Part shown: positions 9,532 through 17,940 of the stretch, one piece after another
Position numbering within the stretch: the stretch's first letter is position 1
Layout of the letters: every line of letters begins with the position of its first letter
Source: Enterobacter phage Arya
Sequence record: KX231828.1
DNA length: 41,918 nucleotides
Reading direction: 5' to 3' (one strand)
Notes under the pieces: generated by a model
Told to the model about the DNA's origin: nothing
Database searches by the model: none
Seen by the model: the letters and a program-made list of their open reading frames with translations, nothing else
Made by a program: the position numbers and the translations under genes

Positions 9532-9584
9532 TCTGACACCCCGCACGAAGATAGAAAACCTGTCGTGCGGGCATCATCGAGCAT

Positions 9585-9923
9585 ATGAACGGAACAGACG
9601 CGACCACCGGAAAACCGCTGGATGGGCTGGCCCATTTGCAGCAATCAATAAAAGACATTCTGACCACGCCGATTGGTTCGCGTGTGATGCGGCGCGACTA
9701 TGGCAGCCGCCTGCCCCGCCTGATTGACGCACCAATGAACCGGGCCACGCTGATTGACCTGTACGCGGCCACAGCCGAAGCACTGGCCACCTGGGAACCG
9801 CGTTTCAGCGTTCAGCAGGTTGTTGCCGTATCAGCCGCACCAGGGCGCGTGGAATTGGAGGTTACAGGCGAATATCTGCCTGATGGCCAACAGGTAACGA
9901 TTGATGGAATAGTGGTGACATAA
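9585..9923 (+). CDS. baseplate protein W (P2 gpW / T4 gp25-like)
   Basis: A 112-aa ORF: LAHLQQSIKDILTTPIGSRVMRRDYGSRLPRLIDAPMN is the GPW/gp25 signature. Confidence 0.85.
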   Translation: MNGTDATTGKPLDGLAHLQQSIKDILTTPIGSRVMRRDYGSRLPRLIDAPMNRATLIDLYAATAEALATWEPRFSVQQVVAVSAAPGRVELEVTGEYLPDGQQVTIDGIVVT

Positions 9924-10825
9924 TGGCCGGTGCATTCACCGTTGTTGATTTATCCCAACTGCCAGCGCCCAACGTTGTTGAACCGCTGGGTTTTGAAACG
10001 ATCCTGTCAGCAATGATTGCTGATTTACAGGAGCGTGACCCAACATTCACCGCGCTGGTGGAGTCCGACCCGGCTTATAAAATCCTTGAGGTTTGCGCTT
10101 ATCGTGAATTGCTGATGCGTCAGCGCGTCAACGAGGCTGCAAAAGCCGTCATGCTGGCTTACGCTACTGGCGCAGACCTGGACCAGCTTGGCGCTAACGT
10201 GGGCGTACAGCGTCAGGTCATTACGCCTGCTGATGACACCACCGTGCCGCCAACGCCTGCCTTCATGGAATCAGACGAAGATTTCCGCGCACGCATCCAG
10301 TTATCACCGGAAGGCTACACCACAGCAGGTTCAGAAGGTAGCTACGTGTTCCACGGCTTAGGCGCTGATGCTGACGTGAAAGACATTCAGGCCATCAGCC
10401 CGGAACCAGGCAAAGTCACCGTTTACGTGCTGTCACGTACCGGCGACGGAACCGCACCGGCTGGAACGATTACTGCCGTGACCAACACCCTCAACGGCGA
10501 AACCATCAGGCCGATGACCGATGAAGTCACAGTGCTGTCAGCAAACATTGTGAATTACACAATCACGGCTGAACTGACGCTGTTCCCTGGCCCTGATGCC
10601 ACAGTGGTGCTTCAATCTGCCATTGATGCCGTTACGGCGTTCGCAGAGGCACAGCGCCGCATTGGCTACGATGTCACGCTTTCTGGCCTGTATCACGCGT
10701 TGCATCAGCCTGGGGTGCAGAACGTCAACCTGACCAGCCCAACAGCATCACTGGTGTTGGGTGATGACCAGGCCAGTTACTGCACGGCGATCACTGTAAC
10801 CGTGGCGGATGATACTGATGTCTGA
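9923..10825 (+). CDS. baseplate protein J (P2 gpJ-like)
   Basis: A 300-aa ORF following W with P2-J-like conserved order and overlapping start and stop codons. Confidence 0.8.
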   Translation: MAGAFTVVDLSQLPAPNVVEPLGFETILSAMIADLQERDPTFTALVESDPAYKILEVCAYRELLMRQRVNEAAKAVMLAYATGADLDQLGANVGVQRQVITPADDTTVPPTPAFMESDEDFRARIQLSPEGYTTAGSEGSYVFHGLGADADVKDIQAISPEPGKVTVYVLSRTGDGTAPAGTITAVTNTLNGETIRPMTDEVTVLSANIVNYTITAELTLFPGPDATVVLQSAIDAVTAFAEAQRRIGYDVTLSGLYHALHQPGVQNVNLTSPTASLVLGDDQASYCTAITVTVADDTDV

Positions 10826-11405
10826 CTTACTGCCATATAACGCCACAGACCAGGAACGCGCACTGGCGGAAACAACCGCCAGGATTAGTGACGTTCCTGT
10901 TATCGTGCGTGAAGTCTGGAACCCTGACACCTGCCCGTCAAACGTCCTTCCTTGGCTGGCATGGGCATTCAGCGTTGATGATTGGGACACCGACTGGACG
11001 GACGAACAAAAGCGCCGGGTGATTAAGGAATCTGTGTATTCGCAGCGCATCAAAGGCACCATTGGCGCAGTTACGCGCCAGCTTGCGGCGCTTGGCTACC
11101 AGATTCAAATCCTGGAATGGTTCCAGCAGTCACCGCAAGGCGCGCCGTATACGTTTAACGTTTACATTACAGCAAACCAATACCCGCTAACGCAGGCAGA
11201 CTTTCAGAAAATATTACAGGTCATCGACACCAACAAGAACCTGCGTTCACACATGGATGAAACTCAGTTGATTGTTAAGTCAGAGGATAAAACGACAGTT
11301 GGCATTATCTGTGGCACAGGGAACGAAATTAGTCTGACGAATTACACCAGGTTTGTTGGTGCATTGAACGACTATGTTATGGCGCAATCCAATATTTATA
11401 TATAG
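10809..11405 (+). CDS. tail protein I (P2 gpI-like)
   Basis: A 198-aa ORF: LPYNATDQERALAETTARISDVPVIVREVWNPDTCPSNVLPWLAWAFSVD is the P2 gpI family motif. Confidence 0.8.
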   Translation: MILMSDLLPYNATDQERALAETTARISDVPVIVREVWNPDTCPSNVLPWLAWAFSVDDWDTDWTDEQKRRVIKESVYSQRIKGTIGAVTRQLAALGYQIQILEWFQQSPQGAPYTFNVYITANQYPLTQADFQKILQVIDTNKNLRSHMDETQLIVKSEDKTTVGIICGTGNEISLTNYTRFVGALNDYVMAQSNIYI

Positions 11406-11413
11406 GTGATTAA

Positions 11414-13855
11414 GTGGAACTAAAAACATACTTTGCACAGGACAGAACAGGAAACCTGATTCCGTCAGCCACAGTGTCCATTTACCTGACCGGCACAACC
11501 ACGCTGGCAACAGGTCTGAAAAATGTTTCAGGTGGAAACCTGGCTAACCCATTTAGCGCCGATGCTGACGGTAAAATCCAGTTTTATGCACCTGATGGCA
11601 TCTATGATATGCAGGTTTCGCTAGGTAGCACCACTGGCGTAAAAGTAACGTTTCAATGTTTGGACGTACAACAGCAACTGACTGACGCAAATAGCGCTGC
11701 TGACCGTGCAGAAAATGCGGCGGAAAGCATTGAAGATCAGACAGCAACGATTACCGCCAACACCCGCGAACAATGGCGCAGAGCACTGGCAGACGCCGGT
11801 TTAAGCCTTGTGTCAGGAAGTTTTGAGGAAGGGGCTACGGCCACCACAACAATTGATGCTGTATGGAACCAGGAAGGCGGACAATGCTATACCTGGGGCG
11901 GAACGCTGCCAAAAACCGTTCCGGCTAATTCGACCCCTGGAAGCACAGGTGGCGTTTCTTCTGGCGCGTGGGTTAGTGTAGCTGGAGTCATCCTAAGAAG
12001 TGATCTGTTATCAGAGGTGACATCATTAGGTGATAACTTAATCACCGTGAAACAACCTATTTCTAACAGTTCAGCCAGGAAGCTACATGATTGGGTTTCT
12101 GACCATATATCAGTAACTGACATGGCTGGTGTTGTCGGTGATGGAGTAAACGACGACGCACCAGGAATTATCGCTGCTATAACGGCGCTTTCAGCGGCAA
12201 AAAAGCCCGTGGTATTTGTCCCTGGCACATACCTGATTAGCACCAGCATTACCTTTAACACCCCGGTAAAGATCCATAATGGTGCTGTTCTAAAGGCAAG
12301 AAACGGTGCTGTTATTAGGTTCAATGCTGAAATTCAAGCTGGTGAATACAAGGTTTTTGATACAAACGATGATTTCGTAAGCAATTACCTACAGGTTCCT
12401 TCTGTCAAGATTGCGATGGGGCCGGTTCGCCCGGAATGGTTTGGCGCAAGAACGGTCAGTTCTTATGCTGAATTGGCAACGTCCATTGATTGTTCTTCGG
12501 CATTCCATAAAGCCTGGCACGCCACTTGTGGTGAATTCAATGTAGAACTAACACCAGGAAGCTTCTATCAATCTGAATTTTACCATTCTTATATTCTACT
12601 GGCGGCCGGGAAATACCGCATTGATAATAATCTTAAGTTTTGGTATCGAGTAACATCACCATCAGTCATCCGATATAACAAGAACGGCGGTGGTATTGTG
12701 GGTGCTGGAATGGGTTTATCCGTTATAGTGCTAACTAACCCGGCAGATGAAAGTAACGCTGCTATGGAGTTTAGTGATATGAGCGGCGAATTGCACATGT
12801 TCAGGGACTTCAAAGTTACCTTTTACGATTTTAACGCCACTGGTGATGCTCGCTGGTTCGGTCGTACAGGCGCAGGTATTCTGTTCTCTAGTTCAGACAG
12901 TATTTACACCCTGAATCTATGGGCGGCAGGATTTAAATATTTGAAGTTGGATGGTGATGGTGTTCGACGTGGTGGCGTTGGTATTCAGTTCGAATCGCTT
13001 GTTGATCACTTTTATGGGAACCTGCTTACTGAACATTGCGTACACGGAGTGGCGTTTAGTTCTTGTGTATCAAATGGCTATAACGCAAAAGGATTTGTAA
13101 ATACTGTAGCAGACATATCGTGTGGTAATTTTATTCCGGCCTGGCCTGACCTTATTGACCAGACAGGTATTAATTTGATCGCTTTATCCGGCCTGGAAAG
13201 TAAAGCATGTCCGGCCACTCCTATTTACTTTGGTACTGCGGACAACAGAGTTAGCATCACAAATGTAAACGTTAAAGGTAACGGTGAATCTTCATCAGCC
13301 GTAGTAACATACAGGGTTATTGATTTTAACCCTGCTGGTGGCGGCGCATCAGGACTCATTCAGGGCAATGCCATGAACGTTAACTATGGTCTTATTGATG
13401 ACCGAACCACCGGTTTTGCTGGCCGTGATGGTAGACCACTACGTTTGGTTTTTAATCTGCACAATGTTGCTGGTGCATCGTCAACAGAAACGGCAGTTGC
13501 TGTTTTCAGAAATCCACTATCAAACATAGATGTAGACATGGGTATTGATGGAGCTAAATCACCTGCGTTGATCAGTAACTGTAACCATGCAAAAGCTAAC
13601 CTTAACCTGAATAATATTTCTGGTTATACTCAAGCGCCTTATGCGGCATTCATCTGCGGAGCAGGTAAATTATTAATTCAATCCTTGAAAGTAAATGCCA
13701 CCACTAATGCGACATATCTTGGATATGCTGGCGGTTCAGCGCAGGTAATTCTTCCAGCGGCAATGGATGTTGATATCGCACCAGTCAGAAAAGGTTCTGG
13801 TTCAACAGCTGATATCAGGCAAGTATCCTCAGCTACTTATAGCACCATTCAGTAA
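11414..13855 (+). CDS. tailspike/tail fibre with pectate-lyase-like right-handed beta-helix (putative polysaccharide depolymerase)
   Basis: An 813-aa ORF: SVTDMAGVVGDGVNDDAPGIIAAITALSAAKKPVVFVPGTYLI matches the Pectate_lyase_3/tailspike beta-helix signature (GDGxxDDxxAIQAAI). GTG start. A terminator follows at about 13861-13888. Confidence 0.7.
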   Translation: MELKTYFAQDRTGNLIPSATVSIYLTGTTTLATGLKNVSGGNLANPFSADADGKIQFYAPDGIYDMQVSLGSTTGVKVTFQCLDVQQQLTDANSAADRAENAAESIEDQTATITANTREQWRRALADAGLSLVSGSFEEGATATTTIDAVWNQEGGQCYTWGGTLPKTVPANSTPGSTGGVSSGAWVSVAGVILRSDLLSEVTSLGDNLITVKQPISNSSARKLHDWVSDHISVTDMAGVVGDGVNDDAPGIIAAITALSAAKKPVVFVPGTYLISTSITFNTPVKIHNGAVLKARNGAVIRFNAEIQAGEYKVFDTNDDFVSNYLQVPSVKIAMGPVRPEWFGARTVSSYAELATSIDCSSAFHKAWHATCGEFNVELTPGSFYQSEFYHSYILLAAGKYRIDNNLKFWYRVTSPSVIRYNKNGGGIVGAGMGLSVIVLTNPADESNAAMEFSDMSGELHMFRDFKVTFYDFNATGDARWFGRTGAGILFSSSDSIYTLNLWAAGFKYLKLDGDGVRRGGVGIQFESLVDHFYGNLLTEHCVHGVAFSSCVSNGYNAKGFVNTVADISCGNFIPAWPDLIDQTGINLIALSGLESKACPATPIYFGTADNRVSITNVNVKGNGESSSAVVTYRVIDFNPAGGGASGLIQGNAMNVNYGLIDDRTTGFAGRDGRPLRLVFNLHNVAGASSTETAVAVFRNPLSNIDVDMGIDGAKSPALISNCNHAKANLNLNNISGYTQAPYAAFICGAGKLLIQSLKVNATTNATYLGYAGGSAQVILPAAMDVDIAPVRKGSGSTADIRQVSSATYSTIQ

Positions 13856-13860
13856 GTGTC

Positions 13861-13888
13861 GAACCCCGCTACGGCGGGGTATTATTTA
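13861..13888 (+). terminator. rho-independent terminator after the tailspike gene
   Basis: GAACCCCGCTACGGCGGGGTATTATTT. Confidence 0.55.
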
Positions 13889-13913
13889 AATCATTGATAA
13901 TCGTAGGCGAAAA

Positions 13914-15284
13914 ATGGCATTCATTACGATACATACAAATTACGGTTTGCAATCGCTAGCGAGAGCAGAATCCACAGGCGTACCTATCAATCTGACTCAT
14001 ATGGCTGTAGGTGATGGAAACGGTAACGCGGTAACGCCGAACCCTTCACAAACAACACTTGTGCGAGAGCAGTTCAGAGCCACCATCAATCGCGTGTATC
14101 AGTCAGCGGATGACCCGCTGCGCTTCACTGCTGAACTGGTTATACCAGCAAGCACTGGCGGTTTCACGTTGCGGGAAGTTGGCGTGTTTGATGCCGATGG
14201 TTCGCTGTTCGCCGTTGGTAATCTTCCAGACACTTACAAGCCTGTTGATACAGAAGGTGCCTACTCTGACACAGTTGTGCGACTTGATTTCATGGTGAGC
14301 AACGCCAGCACCATTACTTTGCAGGTTGATCCAAATGTTGTTGTTGTTACGCAACAATGGATTTCAAACAACGTGACGGCTGGAACAATAATTCCAGGCG
14401 GAACCACCGGGCAGGTTCTTGCCAAACAATCAAACACTGATGGTGACGTGCATTGGGTTGACCCAACACAGGCAAACGTTGTGGTTGACACCATAACCGA
14501 AAAACAAACCCTGGCAGCAAGCCAGACAGTTGTCATGCTAACTGAAACCATCACGCGCGGATTGGCTGTATATATCGAAGGCATCAGATTGCCGCAAGGT
14601 TCTGGCGTTGATGAGTGGCAGCCTGATGCGACCGACCCGGAGAAATTCACACTTGGGAAATCTTATCCTGATGGTTCTATTTTGCAGGCAGTGAATAACG
14701 AACCAGCAGGAAGCGCACCGGCACCGCTGGAACGCAGCAAAAACCTGTCAGACGTAGCAGATAAATCAACTTCACGCACAAATCTTGATGTTTTTAGCAA
14801 ATCGGAAACGCGACAGATGGCACCTGCTGGCCTGGTGGCTAGTTTTGCCAGAAGTTCAGCGCCAACAGGATGGATGAAAGCTAATGGTGCGGCAGTCAGC
14901 CGAACCGCTTACGCTGACCTGTTCGCAGCGATCGGCACCACGTTTGGAGCAGGGGATGGGCTTACCACTTTTAACCTGCCAGATCTACGCGGTGAATTTG
15001 TTCGCTACCTGGATGACGGCAGAGGCGTTGACTCAGGCCGCGCGCTTGGTTCTGCGCAATCTCACGCGCTGCAAAATATCACAGGCAAGGTTGTTGATGC
15101 CCGTTTCAACGCGAATAAATCCGCATCAGGTGCTTTCACACTAACAACCATTGGCCCTGCTGATAACGTGTCTACTGGACCAGGCAGCGCCTGCACTGTG
15201 AATTTTGACGCATCACGTGTGGCGAACACCGCCACGGAAACCAGGCCGCGAAACGTTGCCCTGTTGGCTTGCATTAAATTCTAA
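13914..15284 (+). CDS. tail fibre protein, P2 gpH-like N-terminus with C-terminal phage tail-collar domain
   Basis: The N-terminus HMAVGDGNGNAVTPNPSQTTLVREQF...FTAELVIPASTGGFTLREVGVFDADGSLFAVGNLPDTYKP matches the P2 H baseplate-attachment domain (MAVGDGGGKLPVP...IIAELVIPPEVGGFWMRELGLYDDAGTLIAV). The C-terminus TAYADLFAAIGTTFGAGDGLTTFNLPDLRGEFVR is a tail-collar motif. Confidence 0.85.
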   Translation: MAFITIHTNYGLQSLARAESTGVPINLTHMAVGDGNGNAVTPNPSQTTLVREQFRATINRVYQSADDPLRFTAELVIPASTGGFTLREVGVFDADGSLFAVGNLPDTYKPVDTEGAYSDTVVRLDFMVSNASTITLQVDPNVVVVTQQWISNNVTAGTIIPGGTTGQVLAKQSNTDGDVHWVDPTQANVVVDTITEKQTLAASQTVVMLTETITRGLAVYIEGIRLPQGSGVDEWQPDATDPEKFTLGKSYPDGSILQAVNNEPAGSAPAPLERSKNLSDVADKSTSRTNLDVFSKSETRQMAPAGLVASFARSSAPTGWMKANGAAVSRTAYADLFAAIGTTFGAGDGLTTFNLPDLRGEFVRYLDDGRGVDSGRALGSAQSHALQNITGKVVDARFNANKSASGAFTLTTIGPADNVSTGPGSACTVNFDASRVANTATETRPRNVALLACIKF

Positions 15285-15293
15285 GGCGGAAAC

Positions 15294-15599
15294 ATGAGCA
15301 CAAAAGCCGTTTATCAATATGACCTGGCTGGCATGTATACCGGTCAGACTGATGCCGATGAATCACCGCTGGAACCTGGCGTGTTCCTCATTCCTGCGCG
15401 GTGTGTTGAAGTGGCACCGCCTGAATTCACCGGTGGCCAGTGGCCGCGTTGGAATGGTGCAAAGTGGGAGCTGATCACCGTAGCACCGGCGAATGACAAT
15501 CAACCGGAAAGCCCGGTTGATAAACTGCGTGAATTCCTGAACGCAAACCCTGACGTGGCCGCGCTGATTGGCGCAACGAATGAGGCAAGCAATGTATGA
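15294..15599 (+). CDS. tail fibre assembly chaperone (Tfa / P2 gpG-like N-terminal domain)
   Basis: A 101-aa ORF immediately after the fibre gene. The motif GQWPRWNGAKWEL is the Tfa W-rich signature. Confidence 0.65.
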   Translation: MSTKAVYQYDLAGMYTGQTDADESPLEPGVFLIPARCVEVAPPEFTGGQWPRWNGAKWELITVAPANDNQPESPVDKLREFLNANPDVAALIGATNEASNV

Positions 15600-16369
15600 G
15601 CCGTGTTTTAGATTTGATCAGAGCGTTAAAGGCCGACCCGACAACAAATATTGTCACGGCTACAGTTTCACCGGTCAATCATCCTGACACCAAACAAATG
15701 GTAACCGGCGAAGCAGCCAAAGGCCGCCTGATCGGTGTTCGGGTATTTTCAACGCCAGGCGTTTCAACTTACACGCCGACGCCGGGAACCAAAGCTGTTC
15801 TGGTAGAGGTTCAGGGAGGTGGTGGCGGTGGTGGCGGAACAGGCACCACAGGTTCAGGATCGTTTGCGGCTGGTGGTTCTGGTGGTGCTGGTGGCGGTTA
15901 CGCGGCAAGTTATCTGACTTCTGGCTTTTCCAATATTGGTGTTACTGTTGGCGCTGGCGGCGGTGTTGCTGCAAACAGTGCAGGCGCTACCGGTGGAACG
16001 TCAGCATTTGGTGCGCTCATAAACTGCGCAGGTGGTGCAGGCGGTACGCTCGGAACCAGCGTAAGCACCACAAACGGAATGTTGGCCATCGGTGGTGCCA
16101 CTGGCGGAACAGCTACAGGCGGGAACATCATTAACGAACAGGGCGGCCACGGCATGTGCGCGTTTGTTAACACATCGCCATTAAGTGGCAGCGGTGGTTC
16201 CTCGCACTTCGGTTCTGGCGCTTACTACGCCAGCGGAACATCAGGAGGGCGACCAGCCACAAACCCTGGCTCTGGTGGTTCAGGTGCATGTTCATTGCAG
16301 TCTAACCCGTCAGGCATCACAGGCGGGAACGGCGCGCCAGGCATCGTGATTATTTGGGAATACGCATAA
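15596..16369 (+). CDS. glycine-rich protein of unknown function (tail-module moron or extra fibre component)
   Basis: A 257-aa ORF with ATGA coupling to tfa. It has a ~75-aa ordered N-terminus followed by about 180 aa of G/A/S/T-rich sequence (GGGGGGGGTGTTGSGSFAAGGSGGAGGG...). It sits at the G-FI junction where P2 carries Z/fun. Confidence 0.6.
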   Translation: MSRVLDLIRALKADPTTNIVTATVSPVNHPDTKQMVTGEAAKGRLIGVRVFSTPGVSTYTPTPGTKAVLVEVQGGGGGGGGTGTTGSGSFAAGGSGGAGGGYAASYLTSGFSNIGVTVGAGGGVAANSAGATGGTSAFGALINCAGGAGGTLGTSVSTTNGMLAIGGATGGTATGGNIINEQGGHGMCAFVNTSPLSGSGGSSHFGSGAYYASGTSGGRPATNPGSGGSGACSLQSNPSGITGGNGAPGIVIIWEYA

Positions 16370-16390
16370 TAAATTTTTTGTCGCCTTTGC

Positions 16391-16417
16391 CCGCATATCG
16401 CGGGCTTTTTTTTGTCC
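16391..16417 (+). terminator. rho-independent terminator
   Basis: GCCCGCATATCGCGGGCTTTTTTTTGTCC, immediately after the glycine-rich gene. Confidence 0.7.
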
Positions 16418-16506
16418 TGACACCCCGCACGAAGAAGCAGCAAGCGCCACGCGCCACAATCAAACTGCCTTTTTTTATGTGTGCACACATCAGGAAACCA
16501 CGAATT

Positions 16507-17940
16507 ATGGCAGAACAATTTTTGCATGGCGTCGAGGTACTGGATATTGATTCCGGTTCGCGCCCAATTCAGACAGTAAAATCAAGCGTCATCGGCATTG
16601 TGGGAACCGCGCCTGATGCTGACGCAACCGCGTTCCCACTGAACGTTCCAACTCTTATCGCTGGCAGCCGCCTGGAGGCGTCCAAACTGGATATGACCGG
16701 CGAAGGCAACGGCACCCTGCCCGCTGCACTGGATGCCATCCTGGACCAGATTGGCGCGGTGGTGATCGTCATCCGCGTCGAGGAAGGCAGCACCGAAACC
16801 GAAACCCTGGCCAACGTCATTGGCGGCGTGAATTCTTCAACTGGTCAGTATGAAGGCGTGCAAGCGCTGCTGGCTGCGGAATCCGTCACCGGCTACGCGC
16901 CGCGCATCCTGTGCGTGCCTGGTTTCACCAGTGACCGCGTGCAGGGCGGCGTTACGGCCATCACCGTGACCACACCAGGCAGCGGCTACACTTCCGCGCC
17001 GACTGTTGCTCTTACTGGTGGCGGTGGTTCTGGCGCTACGGCACACGCTGTGCTTGGCACCGGCGCTGACGCAGGCAAGGTGGCCAGCGTGGTGATCGAC
17101 AGCAACGGCACCGGCTACACCAGCGCACCAACCGTGGCATTCACTGGCGGTGGCGGCACTGGCGCAGCAGCAACGGCATCATTTGGCACCGCAGCAAACG
17201 CCGTGGTGGCTGAAATGCTCGGTATCGCTGACCGCCTGCGCGCTGTCATCATTGCCGATGGCCCAAACACCACCGACAACGCAGCCATTGCCTACCGTGG
17301 CGACTTCGGCAGCAAACGCGTGTTTGTTGTTGACCCGGCAGTGTTGGTTCTGGACGATGACGGCAACACCGTTGTTGACCCGGTATCGGCGCGCGTAGCT
17401 GGTCTGATTGCCCGCATTGATAACCAGCTTGGTTTCTGGTGGTCACCGTCTAACCAGGAAATCTACGGCATCCAGGGAACTGCGCGCCAGATTGATTTCG
17501 TTCTGGGTGACGCTTCCAGCCGTGCCAACCTGCTGAACGAAAACGAAGTGGCCACGATTATTCGCCAGGACGGTTTCCGCCTGTGGGGTAACCGCACCTG
17601 TTCAAGCGATCAGAAATGGGCATTCCTGTGCGTGGTGCGTACCGCTGACATCATCAATGACAGCCTGGCGCGTAACCACATGTGGGCGGTTGACCGTGGC
17701 ATCACCAAAAATTACGTCACTGACGTTATTGAAGGTGTTAGCAATTATCTGCGATACTTAACCAGTATTGGTGCCATCCTCGGTGGTTCGTGCTGGGCTG
17801 ACCCGGACCTGAACACCCCGGACCAGATCGCACAGGGCAAAATCTTTTTTGATTTTGATTTCACGCCAGTGTACCCGGCAGAACACATCACGTTCCGCAG
17901 CCACCTGGTCAATGATTACGTTCAGGAGATTTTTGAATAA
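16507..17940 (+). CDS. contractile tail sheath protein (P2 FI-like) with an internal 43-aa tandem duplication
   Basis: The 478-aa sheath family has the expected order before the tube gene. The ATG at 16507 follows AGGAAA; the track ORF begins upstream at 16354 without an ATG. An internal tandem repeat (PGSGYTSAPTVALTGGGGSGATA... / GTGYTSAPTVAFTGGGGTGAAATA...) has a 129-nt period at 16978-17235. Confidence 0.85.
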   Translation: MAEQFLHGVEVLDIDSGSRPIQTVKSSVIGIVGTAPDADATAFPLNVPTLIAGSRLEASKLDMTGEGNGTLPAALDAILDQIGAVVIVIRVEEGSTETETLANVIGGVNSSTGQYEGVQALLAAESVTGYAPRILCVPGFTSDRVQGGVTAITVTTPGSGYTSAPTVALTGGGGSGATAHAVLGTGADAGKVASVVIDSNGTGYTSAPTVAFTGGGGTGAAATASFGTAANAVVAEMLGIADRLRAVIIADGPNTTDNAAIAYRGDFGSKRVFVVDPAVLVLDDDGNTVVDPVSARVAGLIARIDNQLGFWWSPSNQEIYGIQGTARQIDFVLGDASSRANLLNENEVATIIRQDGFRLWGNRTCSSDQKWAFLCVVRTADIINDSLARNHMWAVDRGITKNYVTDVIEGVSNYLRYLTSIGAILGGSCWADPDLNTPDQIAQGKIFFDFDFTPVYPAEHITFRSHLVNDYVQEIFE

